Shown in pieces: positions 26,890 through 38,567 of a DNA stretch of 64,000 nucleotides. Numbering within the stretch: position 1 is the first letter of the stretch; each line of letters starts with the position of its first letter. The position numbers and the translations under genes were made by a program. The DNA comes from Eukaryota sp. TZLM1-RC (Eukaryota; Protista; Metamonada: BaSk clade): the NCBI GenBank assembly GCA_040285825.1, contig JAUPSS010000011.1, positions 941,658-1,005,657 of the forward strand, written 5' to 3'. Under the pieces are notes generated by a model that worked only from the letters and a program-made list of their open reading frames with translations, searched no databases and had not been told where the DNA came from.

Positions 26890-29103
26890 AAATTATTATT
26901 AATTTATTGAATTTGCACACTTGATTAAATTAAATCATAACTAATGGGACGACTATCATTAAACCAAGATTTCCTCTACAAAATCTTGATTTGCTTGCTG
27001 TCTAGCTAAAGCTTCTCTAATTCGATTGAAAAACCGCGGTAATCTATTAATAATGGCAAATTGTATCCGTGAACGCCATAAAAAAATATCAAATCTTTTC
27101 ATTGTTTTTTCTTTCACCATTTTTTGGAAGTCATCCAACAAAGTTTCTGCTTCAACTGATAATCTTCCATTTATCGAAAATGGAAAAGCAATAAAAACCA
27201 GCTGTGCATTTCTATCGATATTTGCATCTTCAATTTCTTTATTATATTTTCTATGTTTTTCTTTTGCTTTAAAATCCAGAGCAGCCACAGGATTAAGTTT
27301 TCTTCTGTGAACCAAAGTATCGTTTGCAACATTACATGAGACAAAGTCAACAATAGCTTCAGAATTATCAATCCAATCACAGTATACATCACCTCTATCA
27401 TCAGAACCAAAATTATTCAGAGAAAGTGTTTCTTTCAGCAGGGGCTCTTTGATACACGATATCCTTGCAGTTTGTGCCATATTGAAAACAGTGTCTCTAA
27501 CAGCATCATGTAATGAAGAACGATAAGTTATCAATTTAGAGCAATTTAGAGCATGGCGCAAAGTGAGTTGAGGTGAATTCGAACAAATACATTTTTCTTT
27601 TGATAATAATTGGTTAATGGGGATGTTCAAATATAATCTCATCTTTGTTACAAATGCTTCATTAGTAGCACACAATCCAAATCTTCGTGGTACAATGGTT
27701 ACAAAAAGTGAAGAATCTGACACCTTGTTTTCACAAACACCCTTTTCCAATAACAATGAGTGAAGATCTTGATTTAAAACAGCCGAGCTGCAAATATTAT
27801 TATAAAGATCTTTTTCATACATTCCAGTCAATCGTTTCTGTAATGTTCGATGAGTGTACTTCAAATTTAAAACATTCTTTTCTGGAATATTGCCATTGAA
27901 TGTTTGGGGAAAGCATCGACTCCATTTTTCTACATCAATTTTGGAAATTTCTTCATTTAATGCAAAAACAGTGGAACTTTGCGTTGTCATCAATAAATCT
28001 TCCCAATCTGCAAATCTTTCGGAGAACTCAAAGATTGCATTTCTGCATCCACCAACAAAAGCACACGAGGTAAGAATAGAAGCCTTCGTCCACCCTAAAC
28101 CACCATATTGTGGACTAAGGTAAGCATGATCTGGAATTTGAAACATTTTACATCCCAGTAATTGAGACAGAACTTTTGCACGTAACTCATTAAACTTTTG
28201 AGCCAAAGGTCTAGTGACGAGAGGATTTGTAGATCGAAATATATGATTAAAATTGGAACTAAAACACAGTCTTATAATGGTAAATTTGATGTGTTTTTTT
28301 ATATCTAAATTCATCATTCGGTCAATTTTGTCAATTTTGTCTTGATGCTTTGCTTTCTCTTGGATCTCACTATGAGAGAGTTGCATCTAGTGTTTTTGTT
28401 TTGGGAGAGATGGATTTTTAGATGTTGATTTATAGGTTTAGAATAAAATTAAATTTTAAAAAAAATTTTGTCAGAAATTGAGTTCAACTTTTCAAACAAT
28501 TTTTTGGTAATTTCATCATTATTTCCTAAAAACGAACCCAAATGACGAATAGCATCAATTGAATATAATTTGGCTTGAATTTCAATATCATCAATTATTG
28601 TGGAAACTGGAGAATTCGATAACAAAACACATTTAAGTAAATTAAGTCGGAGACCAATTTTGGTAAATAATTCTTTAAATCATACAGTTGCTTTTTTCAC
28701 AATATTTAATTCACCAATAAGCACAACATCATCCATATATGCAATCATTTTTAGTGAAGGAAACATCTCTTGAATTTGCAGTAGAATAGGATGAATGGCC
28801 AAACAAAACAAAAGAGGTCCTAACGGATCTCCTTGCTTTACGCCACTTGATGAAATCAAAATGTTGTTACCAAAATGTAAATTAGAATATGTGCAAAATG
28901 TTGATTGAAAATATGGTATTAATTCTGGCATATATTGCAATAGAGCACCATGGATACTGCGACGACTTAGCGAATTGAAAGCATTACTAAAATCCAATGA
29001 CATGCAAACATTGGATTCATTTTGACGAAATAAGACATCAGTAGCAAAAATCGCTGAAGAGACTCCATCTGTAGTATTTATACCATATTGAAAGGGTAAT
29101 AAA
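26890..29103 (-). mobile_element. Family D element, 5'-truncated (longest D copy), no poly(A)
   Basis: ORFs 28680-29123 (RT core) and 26959-28386 (finger, RLE); TSD AAGATGTTTTT (26879-26889 / 29104-29114). Confidence 0.9.
28333..28463 (+). mobile_element. Family B 3' stub (~120 bp)
   Basis: B C-terminus and tail; TSD AATTTTGTC (28324-28332 / 28464-28472) with an extra tandem copy at 28333-28341. Confidence 0.9.
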
Positions 29104-30876
29104 AAGATGTTTTTCCAATTCAAGAGTCTTTATGACTTCTAGCTCTTTTTTAATTGAATTTAAATAATTTTCAAGGCTGTCAAGTGTCTTTTCGGCGGAA
29201 TTAAATAGCAACCCAGAAAGCAGAAACTAGTTGAAGTATAATCAATATATGGAACTTCGAGGGAATTAATTATTAACTTAACATTTTTTCTAGAAATACA
29301 AAAACATTTTTGAACATTCAAATCAAGACCTATGGATTGGTATATTGTAGCAGCTTCATTAGCAACTCTATTAATTGTACTTTCTGGACCAATACAAGAA
29401 ATGTCATCCATGTAAGCTACCACTTGAAGGTCAGAATTTTCTTCTTTTAATTTTTTCAAAATTGGGTGAATTGCAAGACAAAAAAAGAAAGGACCTAAAG
29501 GGTCTCCTTGTTTAACTCCTGATAAAGAATCCAGATTAAAAGAATTAAAAATTAAATCAGATGAATTACCATAAAACCTATAAAAAAAGGTTTCGAGTTC
29601 AGGAAAATTTGATTTGATTTCTTTCCAAATTGAATCTCTTTTCACTGAATTGAAAGCATTTTTGAAATCAAGATTAAAAATGCAACTATTTTCGTGACAA
29701 TTGAAAAACAGATCAGATGTCAAAGCTGCAACTGAAGGTCCATCTATGGTTTTGATTCCATATTGGAATGGTGAAAAGTATTCTTTAGCTTTTGTTGAAA
29801 CTCGATTAAAAATTACTGAAGACATCAGGCGATAAATGGCTTCACCAATGGCAATTGGGCGAACTTTTCCATTAGGTTTAGTTAAAGCCACTAACCGTGA
29901 TGCACTTAATTCTTTGGGGGGAACAATTTCATTGTCAAAACATCTTGAAAAAAGGAACATAAATCTTTAATAATAAAGGCATTTTGGCGGCACATAGATT
30001 TCAGCATATCAAAAGTAATTCCAGATGGACCTGGAGCTTTTCCAGATGGAAGACGGAAAATGGCAGTTTCAACTTCTTTTTCAGAAAGTGGATTTTGTTT
30101 CCAAAATTGTGAAGCAGATGGTTTATCCAAATTAAGAAATTCAGCTGGATGCAGATCCACTAATTGATTTACAGTTTCATCAGTCACAGGAGCAAGATCA
30201 GATGAGAACAGAGCGTTTTTCCCTGAACCATATCTCCCACGTAGCAAAAGTTTTCGTACAGTCTTATTCTTGGGTTGTTTCTTTGGAGTGAAAACCTTTT
30301 GGGGACGAGAACCTGATTTTTGTTCAAGGAAGAATTTCCAAATAGAAAATATATCCCATTCTCCTTTTTTCAAAGCAAGACTGAATGTTCTAAACGCAAC
30401 AGAAAAGGGAGTGGAAGCCTTGGGACTGAGAACATTCGGAATCTTACATGGAGGCCGTAATGTATCAAGCGAGGAGCAAACATGGCATACATATAAATTA
30501 TTTTTTAAAATATATCTTTCAGCTTTTTCATTACAAATAGCACAATTATCAATTTGACTTGCTTCAAGGGGAATATCTAACATCACTGCATCATTGTCTT
30601 CTGCAGTGCACTCATCTTTTGGAGGTAAATTAAATTCTAAATTATTTAATTCAGCGGCAGCGGCGGTTACAGAATAAGAAATAGATGGATTTTGATAATT
30701 TTCACATTTTTTAGAATTCTTTTTATGACCAACTTTATGACAGGATGAGCAACGGGGAACATTTTTTGAGAGTTTAGTGTTTTTTATGGCACGCTGATCA
30801 TTTTTTGAATTTGAAATTTTTTGAGAAGAATTTCGAGCATAGCTTGGAGGGTGGGGAGAGTGGAGGAGTGAAGGGG

Positions 30877-31942
30877 ATGTTAGACTTGGCTTGGCCAAGA
30901 AAAAGAATCCCGCTTTTGCAAATCTTTTACAAGATATGTGTGACAGTACATCTTCTGCCTTAGTAACAACAATTCCACAAGTTTATGGTACTCTCTTATC
31001 CGATTCTGCTTGGACTCTGAATATGAGATTTCGTTCCTTTATCTGGCCTGATAATTTACCTCATAATTTAATTTGTAAATGTTCTCGAGAAATTACAACT
31101 ACTCATTTGTTAAATTGTAAACATTTTATTACTTTTAGAAGCAAGGTTCATGATGCTGTAAGAGACCAGTTATATTGTATGTGTAAATCTCATAGAATTG
31201 AATCCTTCTTGGAACCTCTGTTGTCAAATCTGTTTGATGCTGAAAATGATTTTCATAAGAATAATAGAGGTGATGTCATATTACCTGGATTAGATGGAAG
31301 CTTCATTTTATTGGATGTAATGTCTGTTGATCCTTGTAATGCCTCACATGAAAGGCTTGTTAATTCTGAAATTCATAATCCCCTTTCAAATGCTGAAAAT
31401 TTTAAATTCAAAAAATACAATGAACCTTTGTCCAAATTGGCCAGTCTACAGCATGCAAAATACAATTTGTATCCATTTGTATTTTCCCTTTTTGGTTCAC
31501 TTGCACCAACTGCTTTACGTTTTTTGGATGATTTTGAAATGATTGTAAAGAGAAGAACTGGCAGAAATTTCAACAGATTGTTTTGGCAAAATAGAATTGT
31601 GTTTTCTATTTTTAAGGGGATGTTGAAGATGGTTTCTGATGCTTTGCTTTCTTTTGGATCTCACTATGAGAGAGTTGCATCTAGTGTTTTTGTTTTGGGA
31701 GAGATGGATTTTTTAGATGTTGATTTATAGGTTTAGAATAAAATTTTATTTTAAAAAAAATATTCGTGATAGTTCAGCTGCTGCTTTAGTAACTCAAGTT
31801 CCCTCTGTTTATGGACTTTTGTTAAAAAACAATGAATGGCTTCTAAACATGCGTTTTCGTTGTTTTCTGTGGCCAAACAATTTGCACAATCATTTAACTT
31901 GTAAATGTGGTAAACCTCTTTTGTTTACTCATCTTTTGAACT
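30877..31942 (+). mobile_element. Family B 3' fragment (30877-31759) followed by a family C fragment (31760-31942)
   Basis: ORF 30891-31730 ends FLDVDL*; the tail abuts C sequence ATATTCGTGATAG. Confidence 0.85.
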
Positions 31943-33117
31943 TTTTTTTTAAAATTTAATTTTATTCTAAACCTATAAATCAACATCTAAAAAATCCATC
32001 TCTCCCAAAACAAAAACACTAGATGCAACTCTCTCATAGTGAGATCCAAGAGAAAGCAAAGCATCAGAAACCATCTTCAACATCCCCTTAAAAATAGAAA
32101 ACACAATTCTATTTTGCCAAAACAACCTGTTGAAATTTCTGCCAGTTCTTCTCTTTACAATCATTTCAAAATCATCCAAAAAACGTAAAGCAGTTGGTGC
32201 AAGTGAACCAAAAAGGGAAAATAGAAATGGATACAAATTGTATTTTGCATGCTGTAGACTGGCCAATCATCAGGAAATCTACGAGAAAATTCATAAATAA
32301 AATTTTTGCCACCACCCAAGAATGCTGATTGACACAAAATTGAAGATTTAGTAAAACCAATACCACCCAAATTTGCTGAAGAAAATAAATGGCTTTTCAA
32401 CATTCCTGGTTCTACATCCAATAAATCAGCAAAAAATTCTGTTCTCAATGAATTAAAAGAACGACAAAAATCTAATGCTATGGAAGGAGCACAAGATCTC
32501 AAAATGTGGGTTATTCTCCCAGTGTAGCAAATTTTTAAGCATGAAAAATTTAATATGCTTTTTCTATATCTAAAGAAGAAATTGAATCAAGTTCAATTTT
32601 CATTTTTTCCAAAATAACTTGCAATTCATTCTGAATTTGAGGCACATTTCCTAACCAACAACCAAGGAACTTAAAAGCATCACTACTATAATTAGTAAAA
32701 GGGACAATAGAATCGTTTATCACGAGGTCTTGAGCAGAAGAGCCAATCAGAAGGCATTTGCTGGCATTAAGATGAAGCCCAATATTTTCATATGAATCGG
32801 CAATTTCTTGAGCAACCAATTCTAGTAAATCAAATGAACCAATCAAGGATATATCATCCAAATAAGCAACTATTTTTATAGAAGGGTATTTTTGCTTAAT
32901 GATATTTAAAATTTTGTGAATAGCTAAGCAAAACAATAATGGGCCTAATGGATCTCCCTGCTTCACTCCAGAAGATGATTTAAGACCAAATGAATTAAAA
33001 ATTAAATCTGATTCTTTCCCATAAAAATGGTAGAAAAAACTCGATAACTCAGGAAAATCAGATTTAATAACTTCAAAAATTGCTTCTCGCTTTACAGAAT
33101 TAAAAGCATTTTTAAAG
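31943..33117 (-). mobile_element. Family B fragment with an internal gap at ~32266
   Basis: RT part (YLDD, ORF 32550-32966) and thumb joined to the 3' end via ATT microhomology (GATGATT|GGCCAG). Confidence 0.8.
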
Positions 33118-36100
33118 TTTTTTTTCTCCCTCCCTTAGTCAACCCTCTCATATTTCACTTTCTGTCACGGCGTCAAAGTCGTACTGTGTCTTTGCCAAAA
33201 CGATGCCAGTGACTGACAGTGACTCTGATACTGATTGGAACGCCCAAGCAAAGATTCTACCCATCAGATCAAGCTCATCCCCTTCACTTCTCCACTCTCC
33301 CCACCCTTCAAGCTATGCTCGAAATTCTTCTCAAAAAAATTAGAAAATTTTTAAAAAAGACTTTTTGCCTTTGTGTGATGCCCCTGATATTACGCCTGAA
33401 AAAGTGCAAAAAAGAAGACATACCTGTTCCAAATGTGGCAAGGTTGGTCATAACATTAGAAAATGTCCTGATATTATTACCGAAAAATGAGACTGAAAAC
33501 CAATATTTCTATTGTTAATAGTTTGCAAACGCCATCCGAACTAAATCTTCCTCCTGTTCCCAATGTTTCTGCTGATGATGTTAATTATGATTTAAATATT
33601 GATCAAACTCATTTACCAAAAACTGTTGCTCCTGATCCTACGGATAATGTCTTGAAACATAGTTGTTCTTTTTGCAAAAAGTTCCTCTCTAATTCTTCTA
33701 ATGGTCGCCCTCTATTGTTTTGTTTTGACTGTCAAACAAGTGATTCTCTTCGTACACCTGTTAAAATTCCTGTAGAGGTGAGTCCTGCCAGTTCTGTTCC
33801 TTTGTCAATGGAAATGCGTTCTTTTTCTTCGCAAGTGAAATTAAACAAATGGAACATAACAAGATTTTGGAAATTCTTTGCCAAAAAGTATAAGAAGAAA
33901 ATTAATTACAAACCAAAACAGAGAAAAGCTAATTCATCTTTTCAAGCAAGAAAATTGTTTTTGAGAGGTAGATATGGAAGCGGATTAAAAAATATTTTTT
34001 CGGGAAAACTGGCTGATACCAATCTCGAAACTGTTGAAAAATTGAAATCCCTCCATCCAACTGAACATTTTTGCCCCAGTAAGCCTTCTATTTGTCAATA
34101 TTGGCTCGAAAATCCATTTCAGGCTCAAGAAGTATTGAATGCCGTTGCTAAATTACCAAAAGGAAAAGCTGCTGGTCCTTCAGGCATTTCCTTTGATTTG
34201 TTAAAAACTGCCTGTAAAAATGCTCCTGAAATTGTTGAGGATCTTGCTTCCTATTTTCAAAATTTAATGTGTTTAAATTATGTTCCTCCGCCTGAATTGA
34301 CTGCTGCCCGTTTAGTTGCTTTAGTTAAACCTGGTAAAGGTGACAAACCTGATGGAGTTAGACCAATTGCTATTGGAGAGTCATTAACCAGATTGCTTTC
34401 TTCGCTTATTGTTAACAGAATTTCTGCTAAAGCAAGGGACTATTTGAAGCCTTTCCAATTTGGTATAAAAACTGTTGAAGGTGCTTCTGTTGCTTCAATG
34501 ACTTCAGATGTTTTTTTCAATAGTCAACAACATCAATATATTTTCAATTTGGATTTCAAAAATGCTTTCAATTCTGTGAAACATAATTGTATTTTTGATG
34601 TGCTTCTTCATGATTTTCCTGAACTTACTGCATATTTTTATTTATTTTATGGAAAAAAATCAGACTTAATTTTTGCCTCCTTTACCCTTGAATCTTCTTC
34701 TGGTGTGAAACAAGGTGATCCTCTTGGCCCTTTGCTGTTTTGTTTGGCTATTCATAATATTATTAAAATGACACAACAAGATTTCCCTGATTTGCGTATT
34801 GTTGCCTATATGGATGACATTTCTATTATTGGTTCTTTTGAAAGCATTTCTAGGGTTTCTGAAGTCATTGCGGCGAAATACAAAGAAATTGGTTTAGCTT
34901 TGAACCCATCTAAATGTCTCTTGATTGGTAGAGAAAAACAATCTTTGATGATTGGTGGAGCTCAGATTCCTTTTATCAATTATGACCAACAAGCTTTTAA
35001 GTTTCTTGGATGTTGGCTTGGCAATTTGGATGAAATTTATTCCCAGTTAAACAATTTATTGGAGAAGTTTGACAAGGATCTTAGTTTTATTGCTGAATGT
35101 GACATTGAGAAACACATCAAATTTTTTATTTTAAAAATTTGTTATTCTGGAAAATTCACTCATATTTTAAGGTCAACTCCCCCTTCGGTATCTCTCAATT
35201 TTTGCAGATCTTTTAACAAACTTCGAGTCAAATTTTTTTCTTCTTTATTAGAAGTAAATGAATCTTTAATTCGAAGTCATGTATTTTGTTCAGCAGATTT
35301 GGGTGGAATTGGATTCACCAAATCTTCGATTCTGTGTAAAGCAGCATTTTTTGGAGGTGGTAAAAATTTTGTTTTTGAATTTTTCCAAAGGTTCCCTTTT
35401 GATGTTCATCTGATCAATGGTGAATCAAATATTTACTTGAATCAACTGCAATTTGAATTAGAAAATTTGCCTAGTGATATCTGGATTCAGTGTTTTCCTC
35501 AAAATGTTCAAGAAATTCCCACTCGATCAGTTCCAAATTTACGTTTTTGCTTGAAAAAGCTTCAGCACCATCTGGTTAAATTATATGAAGGCTTGGATTA
35601 TGAAGTAAGACTTGGCTTGGCCAAAACTAAAAATCCCGCTTTCGGTAATTTTTTAAAGGATATTCGTGATAGTTCTGCTGCTGCTTTAGTAACTCAAGTT
35701 CCCTCTGTTTATGGACTTTTGTTAAAAGACAATGAATGGCTTCTAAACATGCGTTTTCGTTGTTTTTTGTGGCCAAACAATTTGCCCAATCATTTAACTT
35801 GTAAATGTGGTAAACCTCTTTTGTTTACTCATCTTTTGAACTGTAAAAATTTCATTACGTTTAGAAGCAAAGTGCATAATAACGTCAGGGACCAAATTTA
35901 TGTAATGTGCAAATCATATCGTGTAGATTCCTTTTTAGAACCGCTGTTATCAAAATTAATTCTTGATGATCCCAATATTGATAGTACGCGTTACAACAGA
36001 GCTTCTATGGGTCTGACTAGAGGTGATCTAGTTGTTCCTGGTTTAAATGGTAGTTTTACTATTTTGGACGCCATGTCTATTGACCCTTGTAATTCCTCTA

Positions 36101-36528
36101 ACGAACATTTCATTAACTCGGATGTAAATAATCCTCTTCTTGCAGGCGAAAAATATAAAATTGCTAAATATGCGAAACCAATTTCCTCGGTTAATGAAAA
36201 TTCTCATGCCCAATATAATTTATGTCCATTTGTTTTTTCTTTGCTTGGATCTCTAGGTAAGGCTGCTATGGCTTTCCTTGAGGATTTTGTTGTAGTTGTA
36301 AAGGAAAGAACTGGAAGAATTTTCAATCGTGTTTACTGGAAAAACAGGATTGTATTTTCTATTTTTAAGGGAATGGTAACACTAATTTCTGATTCACTAT
36401 CTTCTTTTGGGAAATTTTCTGAATCTTTAGCGATTAATTGTTTTGATGTAGGGGAGGCAGGTTTTGAGGATGTGGAGTTTTAATTGTGTATTTCATATTT
36501 GTTGTTGAATAAAAATAAATAATGAAAA
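33118..36528 (+). mobile_element. Full-length family C element (~3.41 kb)
   Basis: Starts with the shared 5' module; intact 998-aa RT-RLE ORF; AATAAA and A-tail. No matching TSD seen, so the flanks are probably recombined. Confidence 0.9.
33487..36483 (+). CDS. Non-LTR retrotransposon protein (C4 finger, reverse transcriptase, Cys/His finger, restriction-like endonuclease), CRE-like
   Basis: Motifs KAAGPSG, RPIAIGE, DFKNAFNSV, QGDPLGP, YMDD, FLG, CKC..H...C, RSKVH, RGD..LD, KIAKY, PFVF.LLG.LG. The true start is probably ATG 33203, with a TAG at 33341 and a frameshift near 33487 in this copy. Confidence 0.93.
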   Translation: MRLKTNISIVNSLQTPSELNLPPVPNVSADDVNYDLNIDQTHLPKTVAPDPTDNVLKHSCSFCKKFLSNSSNGRPLLFCFDCQTSDSLRTPVKIPVEVSPASSVPLSMEMRSFSSQVKLNKWNITRFWKFFAKKYKKKINYKPKQRKANSSFQARKLFLRGRYGSGLKNIFSGKLADTNLETVEKLKSLHPTEHFCPSKPSICQYWLENPFQAQEVLNAVAKLPKGKAAGPSGISFDLLKTACKNAPEIVEDLASYFQNLMCLNYVPPPELTAARLVALVKPGKGDKPDGVRPIAIGESLTRLLSSLIVNRISAKARDYLKPFQFGIKTVEGASVASMTSDVFFNSQQHQYIFNLDFKNAFNSVKHNCIFDVLLHDFPELTAYFYLFYGKKSDLIFASFTLESSSGVKQGDPLGPLLFCLAIHNIIKMTQQDFPDLRIVAYMDDISIIGSFESISRVSEVIAAKYKEIGLALNPSKCLLIGREKQSLMIGGAQIPFINYDQQAFKFLGCWLGNLDEIYSQLNNLLEKFDKDLSFIAECDIEKHIKFFILKICYSGKFTHILRSTPPSVSLNFCRSFNKLRVKFFSSLLEVNESLIRSHVFCSADLGGIGFTKSSILCKAAFFGGGKNFVFEFFQRFPFDVHLINGESNIYLNQLQFELENLPSDIWIQCFPQNVQEIPTRSVPNLRFCLKKLQHHLVKLYEGLDYEVRLGLAKTKNPAFGNFLKDIRDSSAAALVTQVPSVYGLLLKDNEWLLNMRFRCFLWPNNLPNHLTCKCGKPLLFTHLLNCKNFITFRSKVHNNVRDQIYVMCKSYRVDSFLEPLLSKLILDDPNIDSTRYNRASMGLTRGDLVVPGLNGSFTILDAMSIDPCNSSNEHFINSDVNNPLLAGEKYKIAKYAKPISSVNENSHAQYNLCPFVFSLLGSLGKAAMAFLEDFVVVVKERTGRIFNRVYWKNRIVFSIFKGMVTLISDSLSSFGKFSESLAINCFDVGEAGFEDVEF

Positions 36529-36695
36529 AATTGCCATTGGTGGAGCCATTTATTGCTTGATGTCTTCAGTAATTTTTAATCGAGTTTCAACAAAAGCTAA
36601 AGAATACTTTTCTCCATTCCAATATGGAATCAAAACTATAGATGGAGCTTCAGTTGCAGCTTTGACATCTGATCTGTTTTTCAATTGTCACGAAA

Positions 36696-38567
36696 TCAGA
36701 CTTAGTTTTTGACTCCTTTACCCTTGAATCTTCTTCTGGTGTGACACAAGGTGATCCTCTTGGCCCTTTGCTGTTTTGTTTGGCTATTCATAATATTATT
36801 AAAATGACACAACAAGATTTCCCTGATTTGCGTATTGTTGCCTATATGGATGACATTTCTATTATTGGTTCTTTTGAAAGCATTTCTAGGGTTTCTGAAG
36901 ACATTGCGGCGAAATACAAAGAAATTGGTTTAGCTTTGAACCCATCTAAATGTCTCTTGATTGGTAGAGAAAAACAATATTTGATGATTGGTGGAGCTCA
37001 GATTCCTTTTATCAATTATGACCAACAAGCTTTTAAGTTTCTTGGATGTTGGCTTGGCAATTTGGATGAAATTTATTCCCAGTTAAACAATTTATTGGAG
37101 AAGTTTGACAAGGATCTTAGTTTTATTGCTGAATGTGACATTGAGAAACACATCAAATTTTTTATTTTAAAAATTTGTTATTCTAGAAAAATTCACTCAT
37201 ATTTTAAGGTCAACTCCCCCTTCGGTATCTCTCAATTTTTGCAGATCTTTTAACAAACTTCGAGTCAAATTTTTTTCTTCTTTATTAGAAGTAAATGAAT
37301 CTTTAATTCGAAGTCATGTATTTTGTTCAGCAGATTTGGGTGGAATTGGATTCACCAAATCTTCGATTCTGTGTAAAGCAGCATTTTTGGGAGGTGGTAA
37401 AAATTTTGTTTTTGAATTTTTCCAAAGGTTCCCTTTTGATGTTCATCTGATCAATGGTGAATCAAATTTTTACTTGAATCAACTGCAATTTGAATTAGAA
37501 AATTTGCCTAGTGATATCTGGATTCAGTGTTTTCCTCAAAATGTTCAAGAAATTCCCACTCGATCACTTCCAAATTTACGTTTTTGCTTGAAAAAGCTTC
37601 AGCACCATCTGGTTAAATTATATGAAGGCTTGGATTATGAAGTAAGACTTGGCTTGGCCAAAACTAAAAATCCCGCTTTCGGTAATTTTTTAAAAGATAT
37701 TCGTGATAGTTCTGCTGCTGCTTTAGTAACTCAAGTTCCCTCTGTTTATGGACTTTTGTTAAAAGACAATGAATGGCTTCTAAACATGCGTTTTCGTTGT
37801 TTTCTGTGGCCAAACAATTTGCCCAATCATTTAACTTGTAAATGTGGTAAACCTCTTTGTTTACTCATCTTTTGAACTGTAAACATTTCATTACGTTTAG
37901 AAGCAAAGTGCATAATAACGTCAGGGACCAAATTTATGTAATGTGCAAATCATATCGTGTAGATTCCTTTTTAGAACCGCTGTTATCAAAATTAATTCTT
38001 GATGATCCCAATATTAATAGTACGCGTTACAACAGAGCTTCTATGGGTCTGACTAGAGGTGATCTAGTTGTTCCTGGTTTAAATGGTAGTTTTACTATTT
38101 TGGACGCCATGTCTATTGACCCTTGTAATTCCTCTAACGAACATTTCATTAACTCGGATGTAAATAATCCTCTTCTTGCAGGCGACAAATATAAAATTGC
38201 TAAATATGCGAAACCCATTTCCTCGGTTAATGAAAATTCTCATGCCCAATATAATTTATGTCCATTTGTTTTTTCTTTGCTTGGATCTCTAGGTAAGGCT
38301 GCTATGGCTTTCCTTGAGGATTTTGTTGTAGTTGTAAAGGAAAGAACTGGAAGAATTTTCAATCGTGTTTACTGGCAAAACAGGATTGTATTTTCTATTT
38401 TTAAGGGAATGGTAACACTAATTTCTGATTCACTATCTTCTGTGGGGAAATTTTCTGAATCTTTAGCGATTAATTGTTTTGATGTAGGGGAGGCAGGTTT
38501 TGAGGATGTGGAGTTTTAATTGTGTATTTCATATTTGTTGTTGAATAAAAATAAATATCTTAAAAAA
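36696..38567 (+). mobile_element. Family C element, 5'-truncated (~1.87 kb)
   Basis: ORFs 36741-38519; TSD AATTGTCACGAAA (36683-36695 / 38568-38580). Confidence 0.93.

Larger units (their letters stand above)
26803..30880 (-). mobile_element. Family A 5' portion including part of the shared 5' module, split by D
   Basis: ORF 29906-30898 (SLLHSPHPPSYARNSSQK in frame with the knuckle and RT N-terminus) and ORF 29160-29960. Confidence 0.9.

Noticed and set aside
33118-33260. Hammerhead or HDV-like ribozyme at the 5' end
   Set aside because: CTGATA-like words occur, but I could not build a CUGAUGA/GAAA core or a nested double pseudoknot by eye; only the hairpin is reported.
33341-33490. Two-ORF organisation, with an ATGA stop/start overlap at 33487 in C and an A7 shift at 16400 and 51350 in B
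   Set aside because: The B copy at 47987-49885 and the A copy at 29906-30898 read through these regions in one frame, and the shifts are in A-runs. Raw reads are needed; not supported as programmed recoding.
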